From Sphyrna mokarran (lineage: Eukaryota), in assembly GCA_024679065.1 (NCBI GenBank), contig JAGIQG010000001.1, positions 99,076,001 to 99,140,000 on the forward strand: a stretch of 64,000 nt of DNA, written 5' to 3'. The position numbers were made by a program, and so were the translations under genes. The notes beneath the pieces are model-generated. The model was given only the letters and a program-made list of their open reading frames with translations, had not been told where the DNA came from and did not search any database. Every line of letters begins with the position of its first letter. The first letter of the stretch is position 1. Shown here piece by piece: positions 26,197 to 38,745 of the stretch.

Positions 26197-27122
26197 ATGA
26201 CATCTCCTTCTGCAATATGGCGTGATGACTTTACCCAATACCACTGACTGACACAAAAAGGAGTTATTTAAACACAGCTCTTCTTATACTTAATTAAGCA
26301 CACTCTGATGCTTTCTATTGCATGTTGCGCTGCGCTGATGTTGAAAACTGATCAGGTTCTGCTAGTGTCACCTTATGCTCAATGAAGAGCACCGCCTTCA
26401 TCATCTTCTACAATGATTCGCCATCACTCGTTTGGACAGATTCTTCTATCTCTGCATCTAAAGTTCAAATCAGAGAACTGACAATTGTTTATTTTTGTCA
26501 ACCCGTATTTGTGCTTTTTGCAGTGAATAGGGGACAAAGCCATTCAGCTCCTGACCAGCTGTTTGCCCAGTCCTTGAGGGAAAGACGCAAATGGGGGCTG
26601 CATTTGGTTGCACAAAGAATTTGCAGTTTTATCTGTGTGTAGTACTGGGCTACAGTTTGAATCATGATGAGTTTATGTCCTATCGTATTCCTCATGTGGT
26701 TACATCTTTACGTCTGTCATATGTCATACTATGAGGTTTGACTAATAAAAAAAACTGATTTGTGAAATATAAACTCAAAAAGCTAATAAAAATTCTGACA
26801 CCTAATGCAATAAAAGAAATCTTAATTTATGCCGTTTTCTTGAAGCAGTAACCTTGATCATAGGCATTCGGGCTTGCTATCATTTTGTTTAAAGTTGCCA
26901 GTGTTTTTCTTAAGATTTTTTTGGCAGGTTTCTTTGAGTTTTAAACCTTTAAAAAGGCTAATTATCATAGCCTCATTTAGTCAAATTGTTTGATTATTTT
27001 ACCTGTTAAACATACAAATGACCAAGTATGCATATTGGGAAACACTCATGGAAAAACATCAAACTTCCTGTTTTGATTCACTCTCTCATTTTGCAATATA
27101 AAACACAACCTGGGTTACTTTC

Positions 27123-27885
27123 ACAGTGGCTAGCGCTGCTGCCTCAGTGCCAGGTTTGATTCCCAGCCTGAATCATTGTGTGGAGTTTGCATCTTCTCTC
27201 CCAGTGCTCTGGTTTCCTCCCACAGTCTGAAAGTTCTTGTCACCTTATTCCAGAAAAGATATTATTAAACTAGAAAGAGTGCCGAAAAGATTTACGAGGA
27301 TGTTACCAGGAATTGATGGCTTGAGTTATATTGAGAGGCTGGACAGACTGGAACTCTTTTCCCTGTAGCGTAGGAGGCTTAGAGGTGATCTTATAAAATG
27401 ATGAGGAACATAGAACGGGTAGATAGTCATCATCATTTCCCAACGGCAGGGGAGTCTAAAACTAGAGGGGATAGATTTAAAGTGAGAGGGAAGAGACACA
27501 TAAGGGTTCAGAGGGTAAATTTTTTTCACAAAGGATGGTGAGTATCTAGAACGAGCTGCCAGATGTAGTAGTAGAGGCAGGTACATTTTGTCTTTTAAAA
27601 AGAACTCAGACAGTTATATGGGTAAGATTGTATGGAGGGAAATAGGACAAACACAGGCTATTCAAACTAGTTTAGTGGCAAAAACTGGGCAGAATGAACG
27701 AGTTAGACTGAAAGCCTATTTCCACACTTTAAATCTCTATGTGCTGGTTAGATGCATTGGCCATGCGAAATTTTTCTCAGCGTACTCACACAGGTGCTGG
27801 AGTATGATGACTAGGGGATTTTCACACTAACTTCATTGAAATATTAATGTAAGCCTACTTGTGACACTAATAAATAAAACTTTAA
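27123..27885 (+). mobile_element. HE1/V-SINE-type SINE (tail B) split by a CR1 insertion
   Basis: 5' half ends cccacagtctgaaag (~27232); 3' half resumes gtgctggttagatgcattggccatg (~27741) and ends gacactaataaataaa. Confidence 0.85.
27233..27740 (+). mobile_element. CR1 LINE 3' fragment nested in a SINE
   Basis: tcaccttattccagaaaagat, aaaagatttacgaggatgttacc (KRFTRML), aggaggcttagaggtgatcttata (RRLRGDLI). Confidence 0.88.
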
Positions 27886-28273
27886 AACATTCAACTTTGC
27901 TGATCTAGCAGTAAACAGCTGGCAGCCAAAGTAAAAACTGGATGAGTTCTATCAGGGTTTGTAGTCAAGTCAGCTCCATCGCTTTTGCTAAACCTGTTCA
28001 ATATTCACTAGGTCACTGTTCAAGGGGCAAAGCCGAAAATTAACCCTTAAAGTACATTGATAAATACATGGTTCTTCTACAAACTGATGCCAGCTACAAC
28101 TTCTCTCACTTATCTGTCCATGGTTTTCCCGGCCTATGCATCTGATTGAATGTTTTGCTGTAAAATGCAACTACAGAGAACTATACAAACAAAAGGGCAG
28201 GAACTGTTCTGAGAGAGTTGAAGGGTTCTGAGCAGACCCATACTTTTCCTCTCCACTAATTTTCTCTGGTATA

Positions 28274-28592
28274 GGGACTGCACGGTGACAAGTATCAGTG
28301 CTACCTCACACCTTCAGGGACCAGGGTTTGATTCCAGCTTGGGTCACGGTCTGTGTGAAGTTTGCATGTTCTCCCTGTATCTGAGTGTGTTTCCTCCGGT
28401 TGCTTCAATTTCCTGCCACAGTCCATAAATGTACAGGTTAGGTTTGTTGACCATGCTAAATTGCCCCTTAGTGTTCGAAGATGTGTTAGAGAGATTAGCA
28501 TGGTAAATATACAGGGATAAGGCCTAGGTGCAATTGTTGTCAATGCAACTTAATGGGCCAAATGCCTCTTCTGCACTGTATGATTTTTATGA
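28274..28592 (+). mobile_element. HE1 SINE, tail type A
   Basis: gtgctacctcacacc, ggtttgattcc, gctaaattgccccttagtg, gggccaaatgcctcttctgcactgtatgattt. Confidence 0.85.
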
Positions 28593-30008
28593 AATGGAGA
28601 AACAGGAAAAGCAATTTCTGTTCAATAACAGCAGTTCAGGAAGGTGGCATGATTTCATAGAACACAAAAAGTCCCAGTATTAGCAAGTTTCAGTGAGCAG
28701 CAGAGGTGTGAATATTGGGGATTGGAGACATCGTCACTGAGAAAATGGGATTGTAGAGCAAGATATATGTGTTAAATTGATAGCCACGGACCTGTTGCCA
28801 TGACTATGTGCAGCTGAAGGCATCAGCTGGTCTCCTCTGCCGATCAAAATGCAGTGAATGAAAGACAGATTGGGCTTGAGCTCTGTCACTTGGTATAAGC
28901 CAATTACAACAAAATAGAAAGAGAAAAGACAACATTGCAGACTGATACCGAGATTTCATTCTTCATGTTATCCGTTAGGGATTTTTTAATAAACTCAGTT
29001 TCCTCCATTCTGTGCTCTGGCAGCCAGGAGGGATTGTTCCAGAGAAAAAGAAATGGTGAGCAGTTGCTGCGTTCAGAACAGAAGTAAAAAAAAACGTGAA
29101 ATGGAAGTTTATTGAGAATGTGTTTCATTCGGAATAAAGAGGATTGAAAGGTCATAGAGACTGAAAACATTAGTGGACGAATTGAAAAATCTGAGCCTGG
29201 CCCCTGATTAAAAGTCTGCTTGATCCTGTCTGTATTACAAGCTTGCACTGCCCCGGAGCCATTCAATCACTCGCAGTGCACAGATTAGACCTGTCAGGTT
29301 GTGCCCGCGAGTTTACAGTGAGTTCTTGCCTGAGTGCCTTTAATCCTGCAAGGTTTTTTCAAATGTCAGAGCTATCTTGCGGGAAAGCAGGCTTCCTGCT
29401 GGGTCCCACTGACCATAAATTACTTCATCAGAAGGAGTGAGAACAAAAGATTGTAATAAACAAATATTTAATGAGAATTGTTCTCTTCCAGAAAATGGAC
29501 AGAAGCAACATGTAACCCACAACATTGGCCTGAACCTAACTGGTGAGGTGGGTTGTAGGGGTGGGGGGTGGTGGTGATGGAGGGGCACAGAATCAGTAAC
29601 TGAGGCACACCTAAATACATGTAGACATGTGGAAAATATGCCAAAACAGATTAAGCAAAAGGCACTATTTAATTGCTAGCCTAGCCTCCAGAAAAGTTAA
29701 GTGGCAACACTCAGCACAAGCTGGACTGGATGTTTATGGTCTCCAGGCAATAGAAGAGCAAATGGCCATGGACTTGTTTTGTGGCCTGTCTGATTTTCTA
29801 CCCATAAGGAGCTATCAATCAAATGCACTTATCTCCATGAAGAGCATTTCCTCCTGCACACCTGATGTGTGAGGTTCTGCACTGGGAGTGTTGAATCATA
29901 AAATTTACCCCCATATGTTCTCATGTATCTTCCACATCACTCCTCCTCCCTTGAATTGCAGGAAATAAGTCAGCACACACTTCTCCTCTTACCCCAGTAA
30001 CAGAACAC

Positions 30009-30522
30009 AATAAACAAATGGTGCCATTACAGTTCGTGGGTATACAATAATATAATGCTTATTGCAACAAACCTAACCATCTAATTAAGCTACTGAACTG
30101 CAATAATCTGCACTCTGAGTACATTCATTACATCGTACCTCCACTGTGCCATGGAAGTGGATAGACTTATCACAGGTGAACTCTGTATACTGCAGGCAAG
30201 AAAGCCAATTTATATTTGATCACTTTGCTTGTCAAGAACCAAATAAGTGCATCTCGTAATCAATATTTTTACTGCTCTTTCATTGATTTATGCTGAGCAG
30301 ACATTTCTGCATTGGAAAATGGTGTTTAAGCATTGTTTAAAAATTGCTTGTTTATTAGCAGGAGCTCACCTGTAATCAGACTGTCCGCCTCCATGGCTCA
30401 GTGGAAGTGCGAAGTAATGAATGTGTTTAGAGTGCAGATTGTTGCAGTTCAGTAGCTTTATTTGTTGCAATAAGCTTTATATGATTGTCTACCACAAACT
30501 GTAATGGCACTATCTGTTTATT
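30009..30522. repeat. Long imperfect inverted repeat (ancient fold-back / MITE-like element)
   Basis: Arms 30009-30183 and 30362-30522 are collinear reverse complements, e.g. gtgccattacagtt/aactgtaatggcac and aagctactgaactgcaa/ttgcagttcagtagctt. Confidence 0.9.
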
Positions 30523-30901
30523 ATAACATGGTGAACAGGAAAATTAAGCAATTGCATTTTAAATTTTTTCTTCAATTTCTGCCTTCTAATGAGGGCCTCA
30601 GCTTGTACAGTTCACAAGGAACAGCGGTCTTCTGTCACCGTCAGACAGGTTTTCTGGCAAATAGTAACCTTGATGTTAAACTCCAGAGAGGGTGGGAGAG
30701 GACGAAGGGGTTAAAAATTAACAAATAAGCAATACATCCTTAATCTACTGTGAATAGAACCATCAGCAATTTTACGGCAGCAGATTTTATTTTATACAGT
30801 ATCTCTAGCTGTGGACAGAATGGCCACTGCTTTAACATATTTAAATCCAATTCCCACAGTGCCAAGTGAAGCCTGATTTAACTATAACAGTAACTGTATA
30901 A

Positions 30902-30942
30902 GTTTCCCTATAGGCTTCCTATTTGGAAGCCTATAGGGAAAC
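30902..30942. repeat. Perfect hairpin, 18-bp stem and 5-nt loop
   Basis: gtttccctataggcttcc-tattt-ggaagcctatagggaaac. Confidence 0.97.
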
Positions 30943-33534
30943 AGGATTTGCCAATTTAAAAAGATAAGTAACCTTTAAGCACTCTCTTGTAGTCCAGAAT
31001 GAACACAATAAGAGATCCATCTGATCCCTCAAAAAAAAGGATTCCACTTACCCTACATTGATTGCAGCCTCTCGCTACACCCTTGCCGTGATCAAGCCCT
31101 GAATTTTCATTCCTGAACCAGGATTGCAGAGCCACAGAAATTTGAGCATTTCCAGCTCGGATCCCTCTATAATGAACATTAGGAAGGACCTCAACTGATG
31201 TTTCTATTCCTTAGTTTCAGAACAGAGAGGTCAGTTGTAGCATGCCTACTGCCAGCCTAGCTTGATCAGGTAATCTGGTACTGGCTCATAATCAAACCTG
31301 AGACACCAGATCACAGAACCATTTAAATAGCTTGTAATTGCACATATGTGAATAGGATCATTAATACTGTACCCTCCTCCTATATTTCAATACCTTGACT
31401 ATCACAGTCAAGGTTCACATGTGAACAATGACCACCACTGGGGGAGGGACAGGAAGGCAACTATTGCCTTTGGACTTCAAGAGAGGACAGGAGAGGAGGG
31501 GAAACATCTGGAAGAGAACATGAGAGAAAGGAAAAAAAAACCTGCATGAAAATGAAGTTTCCAGTATAGTCAAACTGCATAAAGTAATTTACAACTTGAC
31601 AATGACTGCTGTATCATCATGCATGCATAAAGCTTATACAGAGAGTATAAGAATAACTCTGCTAGGTACTGTGTAGCAATAATGCATGCTATCTTGCCAG
31701 CTTTGACCAAAAACGCCTGAAATGGCTTGCCTGCTGTGGATCCATCATCTATCGTAGATTGATGGATGTTAACGATTATACTACCAGCGTTCCTTGGTGG
31801 AAACATTGCTTCAAAGTTCAATGTATATAAACAGAATCTCAACTTCTTCCTCAACGTTAGTCAGGTTTCAGCTTTCAGTATCTTTTAATAGGGTGGACTT
31901 GTTCGGCCTAATAGTCTTTTCAATTCCTAAAAAAAGGTTAAATTCATGAAGAATTTACAAGTAGTAACCCTTTAAAGCATCAACTCGCAAAATGTTTCCT
32001 TAAAACCTCTTCTAAAAGTGGATACTTAAAACAGAGAAAAAAAAGAAAGAGGCAGATTAAGAAAAGCTTCTGCCTCTTCTGTACAGCTTAGTGTCACAAT
32101 GACCCACCACCACAGAGTGACTGCATTGTGATATGATCTCTCGGATAACTGATAAAGTAGTGATGACAGAAACAAGGATATATAAAAATACTCATATCAG
32201 AAATGATAGATGGAGAACATTACCTAACAAAATATAAGCTCAACTATAGCATCCTCAAAATAAAGAAGACAATATCAGCTCTTTAACTTGACAAATGAAA
32301 CATTATCTCAAATTATTCCAATAATTTGATGTTATTGTATTGACTAATTTTATGTTTCACCAAGACATTTAATTGACACATTCTAAACATAAAATGTGTG
32401 GGGCTCAATCAGCCATGACCATATTCTAGCAGGATTAAGCAAGTTAACTCCCAAATAAATTCAGCTTTAGGTTCAGTAATGCTGCTTGGATTAATATATT
32501 GAATCTGTCGGTAATATTAACAAGTAAAAAGTATTCAATAATTTAAAAACAATCAAGATTTCCTGTCTCTTCAATGTCAATTTTCCACCTTGCAGAACCC
32601 ATTGGAAACAGTACTGTGGCTCAAAGCACTGGATTTTTTTTATTGATTATAAGCAATGTTTGCCTTTATTGCAGAAACAAAAGTTTACACATAGAACATT
32701 TTGAAGTAAGGCTTCATCTCTGGCACAACCCATTTTCAAGTTAATATTTGCATGCAATACCAATCATGCCTGGAGATGGCAGTGTGTTAGGCCTTTTAAA
32801 TGTTGAAAGACCTACAATCATTGTATAATCTATTACTGGCACTGTCTGTTGACCCTTGGAATTTGCAATTACTGTCTGAAAATACTAAGCACTATTACAA
32901 GGACTCTTTAGCTGCTGGCCACAGAGTAGCAATTCTAGAATTTTTTTTTAAACAGTGTTCTGGAACAAACTTTGAATGAATTGGGAGTTTTCAACTTTGC
33001 TTGAAATGAAACAAATCCAGCGATCGATAAAGTTCAACCAGCTGTTTAGAGATCCTAGAAACCCTTCTTACTCCCCTAATACATTTTACCTGTTCTAACT
33101 GCCACCTCTTTCCTCTACTCAATAATTTTCATAACTTGCTTTCAGCTATCTTTTTCCATTTCCAGATGATATTTGAGCATTCACTATTACTTAACTGTTC
33201 TGTTGTGAAACATCTGGGCCATTCTGGCCACCTAGACCTGAATGTATCCATCACTCAAACATCCTGACCCCCAACTGCTCCCCACTGCAAGCCCACATTC
33301 TGAACTCGAGCTGCCTAAATCCCCTCCATTATGGCGTTGCCTGGAACATCCTTTAACTCTCTCTTTCTCAACCTTCTGATTCCATCTTTGATGTTCCTGT
33401 GACCCACTCTTCAGTCATCCCACCCACCTTCAACACTTTTTCAAACTCCATGTTCCAACAGCCCACAAGCCAACAACAATCTCCCAGTCGTGTTTTCAGG
33501 TGTACGTCCTATTCCTCTGCCACCAACAATTCAT

Positions 33535-33760
33535 GATGTCGAGATGCTGTCATTGGACTGGGATAAACACAGTAGGAAGTCTCACAACACCAGGTTAAAG
33601 TCCAACAGGTTTATTTGGTAGCAAAAACCACTAGTTTTCAGAGTGCTTGCTGCTCCTTGACTCATCTGACGAAGGAACAGCAACAATTGAAAACTAGTGG
33701 CTTTTGCTACCAAATAAACCTGTTGGAATTTACCTTGAGGTTGTGAGACTTCTTAGTGTC
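33535..33760 (+). mobile_element. Short PLE-derived fold-back element with decayed hammerhead motif
   Basis: Head gatgtcgagatgc..ttggactggg; arms aagtctcacaac..tccaacaggtttatttggtagcaaaa / ttttgctaccaaataaacctgttgga..gttgtgagactt; ctgacga...gaaa at 33666-33692; TSD-like caacaat(t/c)cat. Confidence 0.8.
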
Positions 33761-33774
33761 TGTATCAACAATCC

Positions 33775-34035
33775 ATCCATTCCTCCTAATTTGTCATCCA
33801 CCTTTCTTTGCCACATACTTCCTCCTATCCCAAATTGCTCTCTCCATCTCCTGCCATCCTATTATCCTCCTCTCTCATGTCATCAATTCTGGCCTCACTC
33901 CTTCTATCTTTTCTCTCTCTCCCCTTCTTCTCCCCCCTTCCCTCCCTTCTCCTCAATGGTCACCCTCCCTTCCACCCTTACCTCCTCTTCTTCCAGCTGC
34001 TTTTCCCCGCCCTCTTGTCCAGTTATCCTCTGCTG
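33775..34035 (+). repeat. Polypyrimidine low-complexity tract
   Basis: Strongly C/T-biased; accounts for the Pro/Ser/Leu-rich ORFs in all three plus frames. Confidence 0.8.
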
Positions 34036-36142
34036 AGTACTTAATTGGGCCATGATTTACTGAACATCAATAACATGAAAATATAACAAATGAACTAGAA
34101 ATGAATCAATCTTACATTTCTGCAGAAAATATTGCACTGCACAATCAGAATTCTTTCAGGATTGTCATAAATAAGATCCATAAATGTTATTGCAAGCATT
34201 CTCTCATGGTTTGTATTATTTATGCATCTGGCAGTATAATTATGAACATATTTAGAAGCTTCTTCAGTATGTTTTAATTGGCACAATGTCTAACTTTATT
34301 CAGGCCCTTTATTCATTGACCACTTAGTTACACTGGATATCTGTCAACTATTTCTTATTCTACTTTTCAGAGTATTCTGAGTTCATACTTTGGCTGCCTT
34401 CTGCTTCTGATCATTACTAAAATCTTGCCAGCATAAATGCAGAGAAAACCCCATTGCAAGCAGATAAGATTATCAGACCCAAGCCTGCATTTGCTATAGC
34501 CATTTTGTTGCTAAATTCAGCAGGCTTATCAGCATCAAATTAGCAGAGGAAATAAAAGTGCTCAGGTCAATATTCTTAAATATGAACCAGCTTTAAGAGA
34601 TATTGGCTAGACTGAGGGGTTGTGGGGGTAGGGAGAGGCAGGGGAGGTGCACATCTAGATTCCTATTTTGCATCTCAGTCGGTGAAGTTCCACCCTAGGA
34701 ATGCAAATTCATAAAGTGATCCTCTAATATGTTGACTTTAATTCTTTGCTTGCAGTAACAGAGTTGTAACCACTAATGTTTCATCTTGTTGCTGCATAAA
34801 TCAAAATACCATCTTAAGCGACAATTTGGGTTTGATAGGACAGTTGGATTAATGGGAATTTTTCATAGCTCTGGTGGATATTTGTGCAAAATAAAACATC
34901 TGAAATCCCATCGACAGCACAATTTGTAATAAGCACAGCCTTTATATGCTCACAAGCACAAAGGAGAAAAAAAACTGGCCTCATTTATATTAAAACACAC
35001 ATTTCCTGAGAGACAAAAATGGTTGTTATAGGCTTCAGGTATTCATATAGGTATCAAACTGGCAAGCTTCCTCAAGGATCTGGGAACTAATAATGCGCTG
35101 CTCGAGAAAACTAAACTGTCAAGAAGCTCCTTTCATTTCAAGCACACAGCAGCTCTTGGAACCTGTCTGCTGACAATGATCATAGTGTTAGCTGAAGGAA
35201 ACAGATACCTACATACAGTGTCAAGGGAGCAACTAAGCTCTAACTGCAATACTCAAACCATAATTTACAGGAGAATGATAGAACATAAAGAGACATCAGC
35301 TGGAAATTGTTCACCGTCTATAGGTCTTCATTAAAAGCAGTTGAGCTGCCAGATTATTAGCTTGTAAACTAAAACCTTGTTAAAGAACATCCTGAGTTGG
35401 AACAGTGTGTTAAATGTAATGTAAATGAGCTCTGTAGCTATACAAAGCAAATACATCAAACGATGTTACAACTGACACTTCTTTCAACAGTCCACTGAAG
35501 AAAAAGAGGTCTTGGAGTCAGCTTTAGCATTTCCTGTGGGTAGCGAGTTTTGCTTCCCATTAATACTTTGCAGTACATAGCCTCTACCCGCCTGCTTCTC
35601 AATCCTCAAGATTTAAAGTCCCTGTGGGTGTTTAATGTAAATTGAGGTCAAGTTGGTAACACTCAACCTGTCTTAACCAGTTCTGGGGTTACCTTAAGGT
35701 CAATTCAAAGCAGATCTTAATATCATTCAGAGAGTATGGAATGAGATTGGCCACTTGCCACTTCAAGCCTGTTCCTGCCATGTCTACTCCACTTATTTAT
35801 TTTACCTAAGGAAAGGTTCTGTTAAATTTATTTGCTCCCAGGGAAAACGAACATGACTGCAGAATATCTGCCGAACTACAGTAATTAACAGTTAGTGTTT
35901 TAAATCCAGTACAGCCATCTCACTTTTCTTTCTCTCACTTCTTTCCTAAATACAAAAATCTACATAGTTAACAATTAAAGTTTTAAGTTACTTTGGGGAT
36001 GGGGAGGATAGGGTTGGATATGCCATGATCCATAAAGTCTGGGAGGGTCTTTGAAAGTTTTGCTTACTGGTCTGTGCTGTCACTAGACCTGGAGCAGTGA
36101 TTAGAAGTTTCATTAGCCCTAGGATAACTAGGAAGGGGAGAA

Positions 36143-36497
36143 TTTTTTTAATGCAATCTTTCATGGGATCTGGGTATCACTGGCAGGGCCAGCACTTATT
36201 CCCTATTCCTGAGAGCATTTAACTGTCAATCACATTCCTGCGGATTTGTAGTCACATGTAGGCCAGACCAGGAAAGGGTGACAGATTTCCTTTCCTAAAA
36301 GATATTAGTGAACGAGATGAGTTTTTAGAAAATTCAACAACGAATTTCATGGTCATCATTAGACATTTAATTCCAGATTTTTACTGAATTCAAATTTTAT
36401 CATTTGTCATGGTGGGATTGGAAACCAGGTCCACACAGCTTTACACTGGTTGCTGAATTACTATTCCAGCAGCAATATTACTGCACCACTACCACCC
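36143..36497 (-). mobile_element. tRNA-derived SINE whose tail resembles the 48120-type LINE
   Basis: tttcatgggatctgggtatcactggcagggccagcacttatt resembles the reverse complement of the LINE tail at 48405-48455; body cacatgtaggccagaccagg, gaattcaaatttt, gtgggattggaaacc. Confidence 0.7.
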
Positions 36498-37004
36498 CAT
36501 GCTACCATTCTTGCCGGACATTACTGGTACAGCATGAATAGCGATGAAAAAAACTGTGAATATCAGATGAAGTCTGACTTCAGCTTTGCTACCCAACATG
36601 CTCTAATTTCTCTGTCAAGAAATATATTTACAAAATAGTTCATGGGCTGCTGTAACTTATCGAATCCTATCACAATGTTATGCCGGGACCGAGAGTGGAT
36701 GCCCTGAGGTTGTGAATGGCACTATATAAAGGCAAATTTCCTTTGCCCCCTTCTTTAGATTTTTCCAAAAATATATTCTTAAGATTTATGAAAAGTACAT
36801 TCCAAAACAATTCCAATTGAATATTATAAGGAGTACAGTACAATTCTACTCTTTTCTCTACCGCATATACTCTTTATTTTAATTTCACAAGAGGATGGTA
36901 AAAGGAAATAAAGAACTTGTATTGATATGTCTTTTGTGTGCTTAGGATCCCCAAACCCCACCCCGTCTCCCCACTTTATAGTCACTTTCAGAGTGGGGGC
37001 ATCA

Positions 37005-37310
37005 TTGTTTTGTAGGAAAATACAACAGCCAATTTTCACCTCGTAAGATCCCGCAAACTGTCATGAGATGAATGTCCAGTGATTTGTTTTTAGTGTTGTT
37101 GGTTGAGGAAGGAATGTTGGCCAAAGCAGGACCAGGATGTGAGCACAGTCCCCTGCTCTTCCCTGAACAATATAATGGCAGACAAGGAATCGATTTAATA
37201 TTTCATTAAGGTCGCATCTTTAATCATGTCGTATGATGTTTCAACCCTGATTATGGGTAAGAGTTCTGCAGTAAGGTTTGAACCCGTGACCTGCTGTCTC
37301 AGAAGCGGAC
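37005..37310 (-). mobile_element. SacSINE1/DeuSINE-like fragment
   Basis: tgtaggaaaa..cagccaattt, agatcccgcaaac, gttggttgagg, ccctgctctt, tttgaacccgtgacc. Confidence 0.7.
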
Positions 37311-38659
37311 GTCTTGGAAAGCGACTGATTTTGCTTTAAAGGTTAGTTGGCCCCGAGATACTTCCTGTCAGTGTGAAGAACTCAGTAGATCCTAAAACAT
37401 GGTCTTTACTTGCAGGAATGTATCCTCTATGTGGTAAAGACAGTCATAAGGGTTTTCCTTGCAAACTGGGTCCAATTATTCACACACATGAAAGGAAAAC
37501 TCCAAGGCCCTAACAACTTCCATTTGGCACATGGGACACTCCTCTAATATCTGGTTCTGATCACCAGTTCATTTTGGCCTTTCATCTGGGGGATGGTGTT
37601 TCAAAGTGAACCATTTTCCTCTTGCCTGACAACAGCTATTAGCCACCCTGCAGAGCTTGTTAGCTGTGCTGTTTCTTTAGAAGGTGGAAGTCAGGATGCC
37701 AAGTCACTGCTTTCATATGTGCAACTGGGAGGTCCAGGATAACATATTTCCTCAACAAAAAAAGCAAGATGACTGATAACATACAGAAAATACCTCTCAA
37801 TTAGAAAAGAAAAAAGACATTTTTGAGGACATTTCCCAATTATAAAATGGGGGAAAAAAATGTTGGTATTTCTAGCTTCCTGTGTACCTTTGCCAGCTAG
37901 GTCAGGGAAACTCTTGGCAACACCATATATGAACACTATTGCATTCAAAAATCATTGATCGCATCTTTTCTGGTACCTGAAACAAAAATAAACATTGATA
38001 GCAATTACTGAGCAATGGGATCAAGAAAGAAATAAGGAGGCATGGCGGGTATATCCATCCAATTGAGATTCAACAAGCAACGGTGAGGTAACAATCTGTT
38101 CCAAAATTAACCGCATCTGGCACAGGAAATTTCAAGTGCTGATTAATACCAGCATGTGTTGTGGAATGCAGCTTTGCAAAGAGGTCAGGCAACATGTGGT
38201 GAAACTACAGCAAGGCCATCTTCAATTTGCTAACAAAAAACACTGACATTAACCAGTGACTGATGTTATCATCTGTGAAGGGAGCAATTTGAGATTGTAT
38301 TGGAACTTAGAAATCTGTTTAAAACAAAAATGCTCAGTCTCATGAAGTAATTTGATTACGGTGGAATTGTAACTGCAGGATTTTAAATTCATTTCATTTA
38401 CAAAGATATAAATTTACCAGTAAGGTGGAGTCTCACAAAGCAGCTAAGAAGTGCAATAAGACTAATACTCTCTTAAATTACAGGAAAATACCGTTGCTTA
38501 AAAATTGGCCTCTTCATTTCAGGTTAAAATTTCTCTTGTTTTATTCCCTTTTCCCTCTCCTGCCCTATCACCCAATTTATTATAGTTTTCCAGTTTCAAT
38601 CTTTTTTCACTTCAATCTTGGTCATTTCCTTTGATGTTCAGCGTGCTCTGGAATCCATG

Positions 38660-38745
38660 GATGGAATTTTCTCGTCCCACCCACCACGGGAATTGTCACG
38701 GACGATGCAAAGGTCATTTAACCTCAGGCGGGATTTTCTGGTGAG
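38660..38745. mobile_element. MITE fragment of the 3971/62663 family
   Basis: gatggaattttctcgtcccacc...aaaggtcatttaacctcaggcgggatttt parallels 62663-62750. Confidence 0.55.

Noticed and set aside
26370-26458. Minus-strand exon candidate (DAEIEESVQTSDGESL*)
   Set aside because: Stops in all three frames, mediocre splice sites and no recognisable homology.
31561-31860. SECIS element downstream of the speculative CxxU chain
   Set aside because: The AUGA motifs lack the correctly spaced apical AA and the paired GA.
33704-34055. Three overlapping Pro/Ser/Leu-rich ORFs
   Set aside because: Artefact of a polypyrimidine tract that lacks stop codons.
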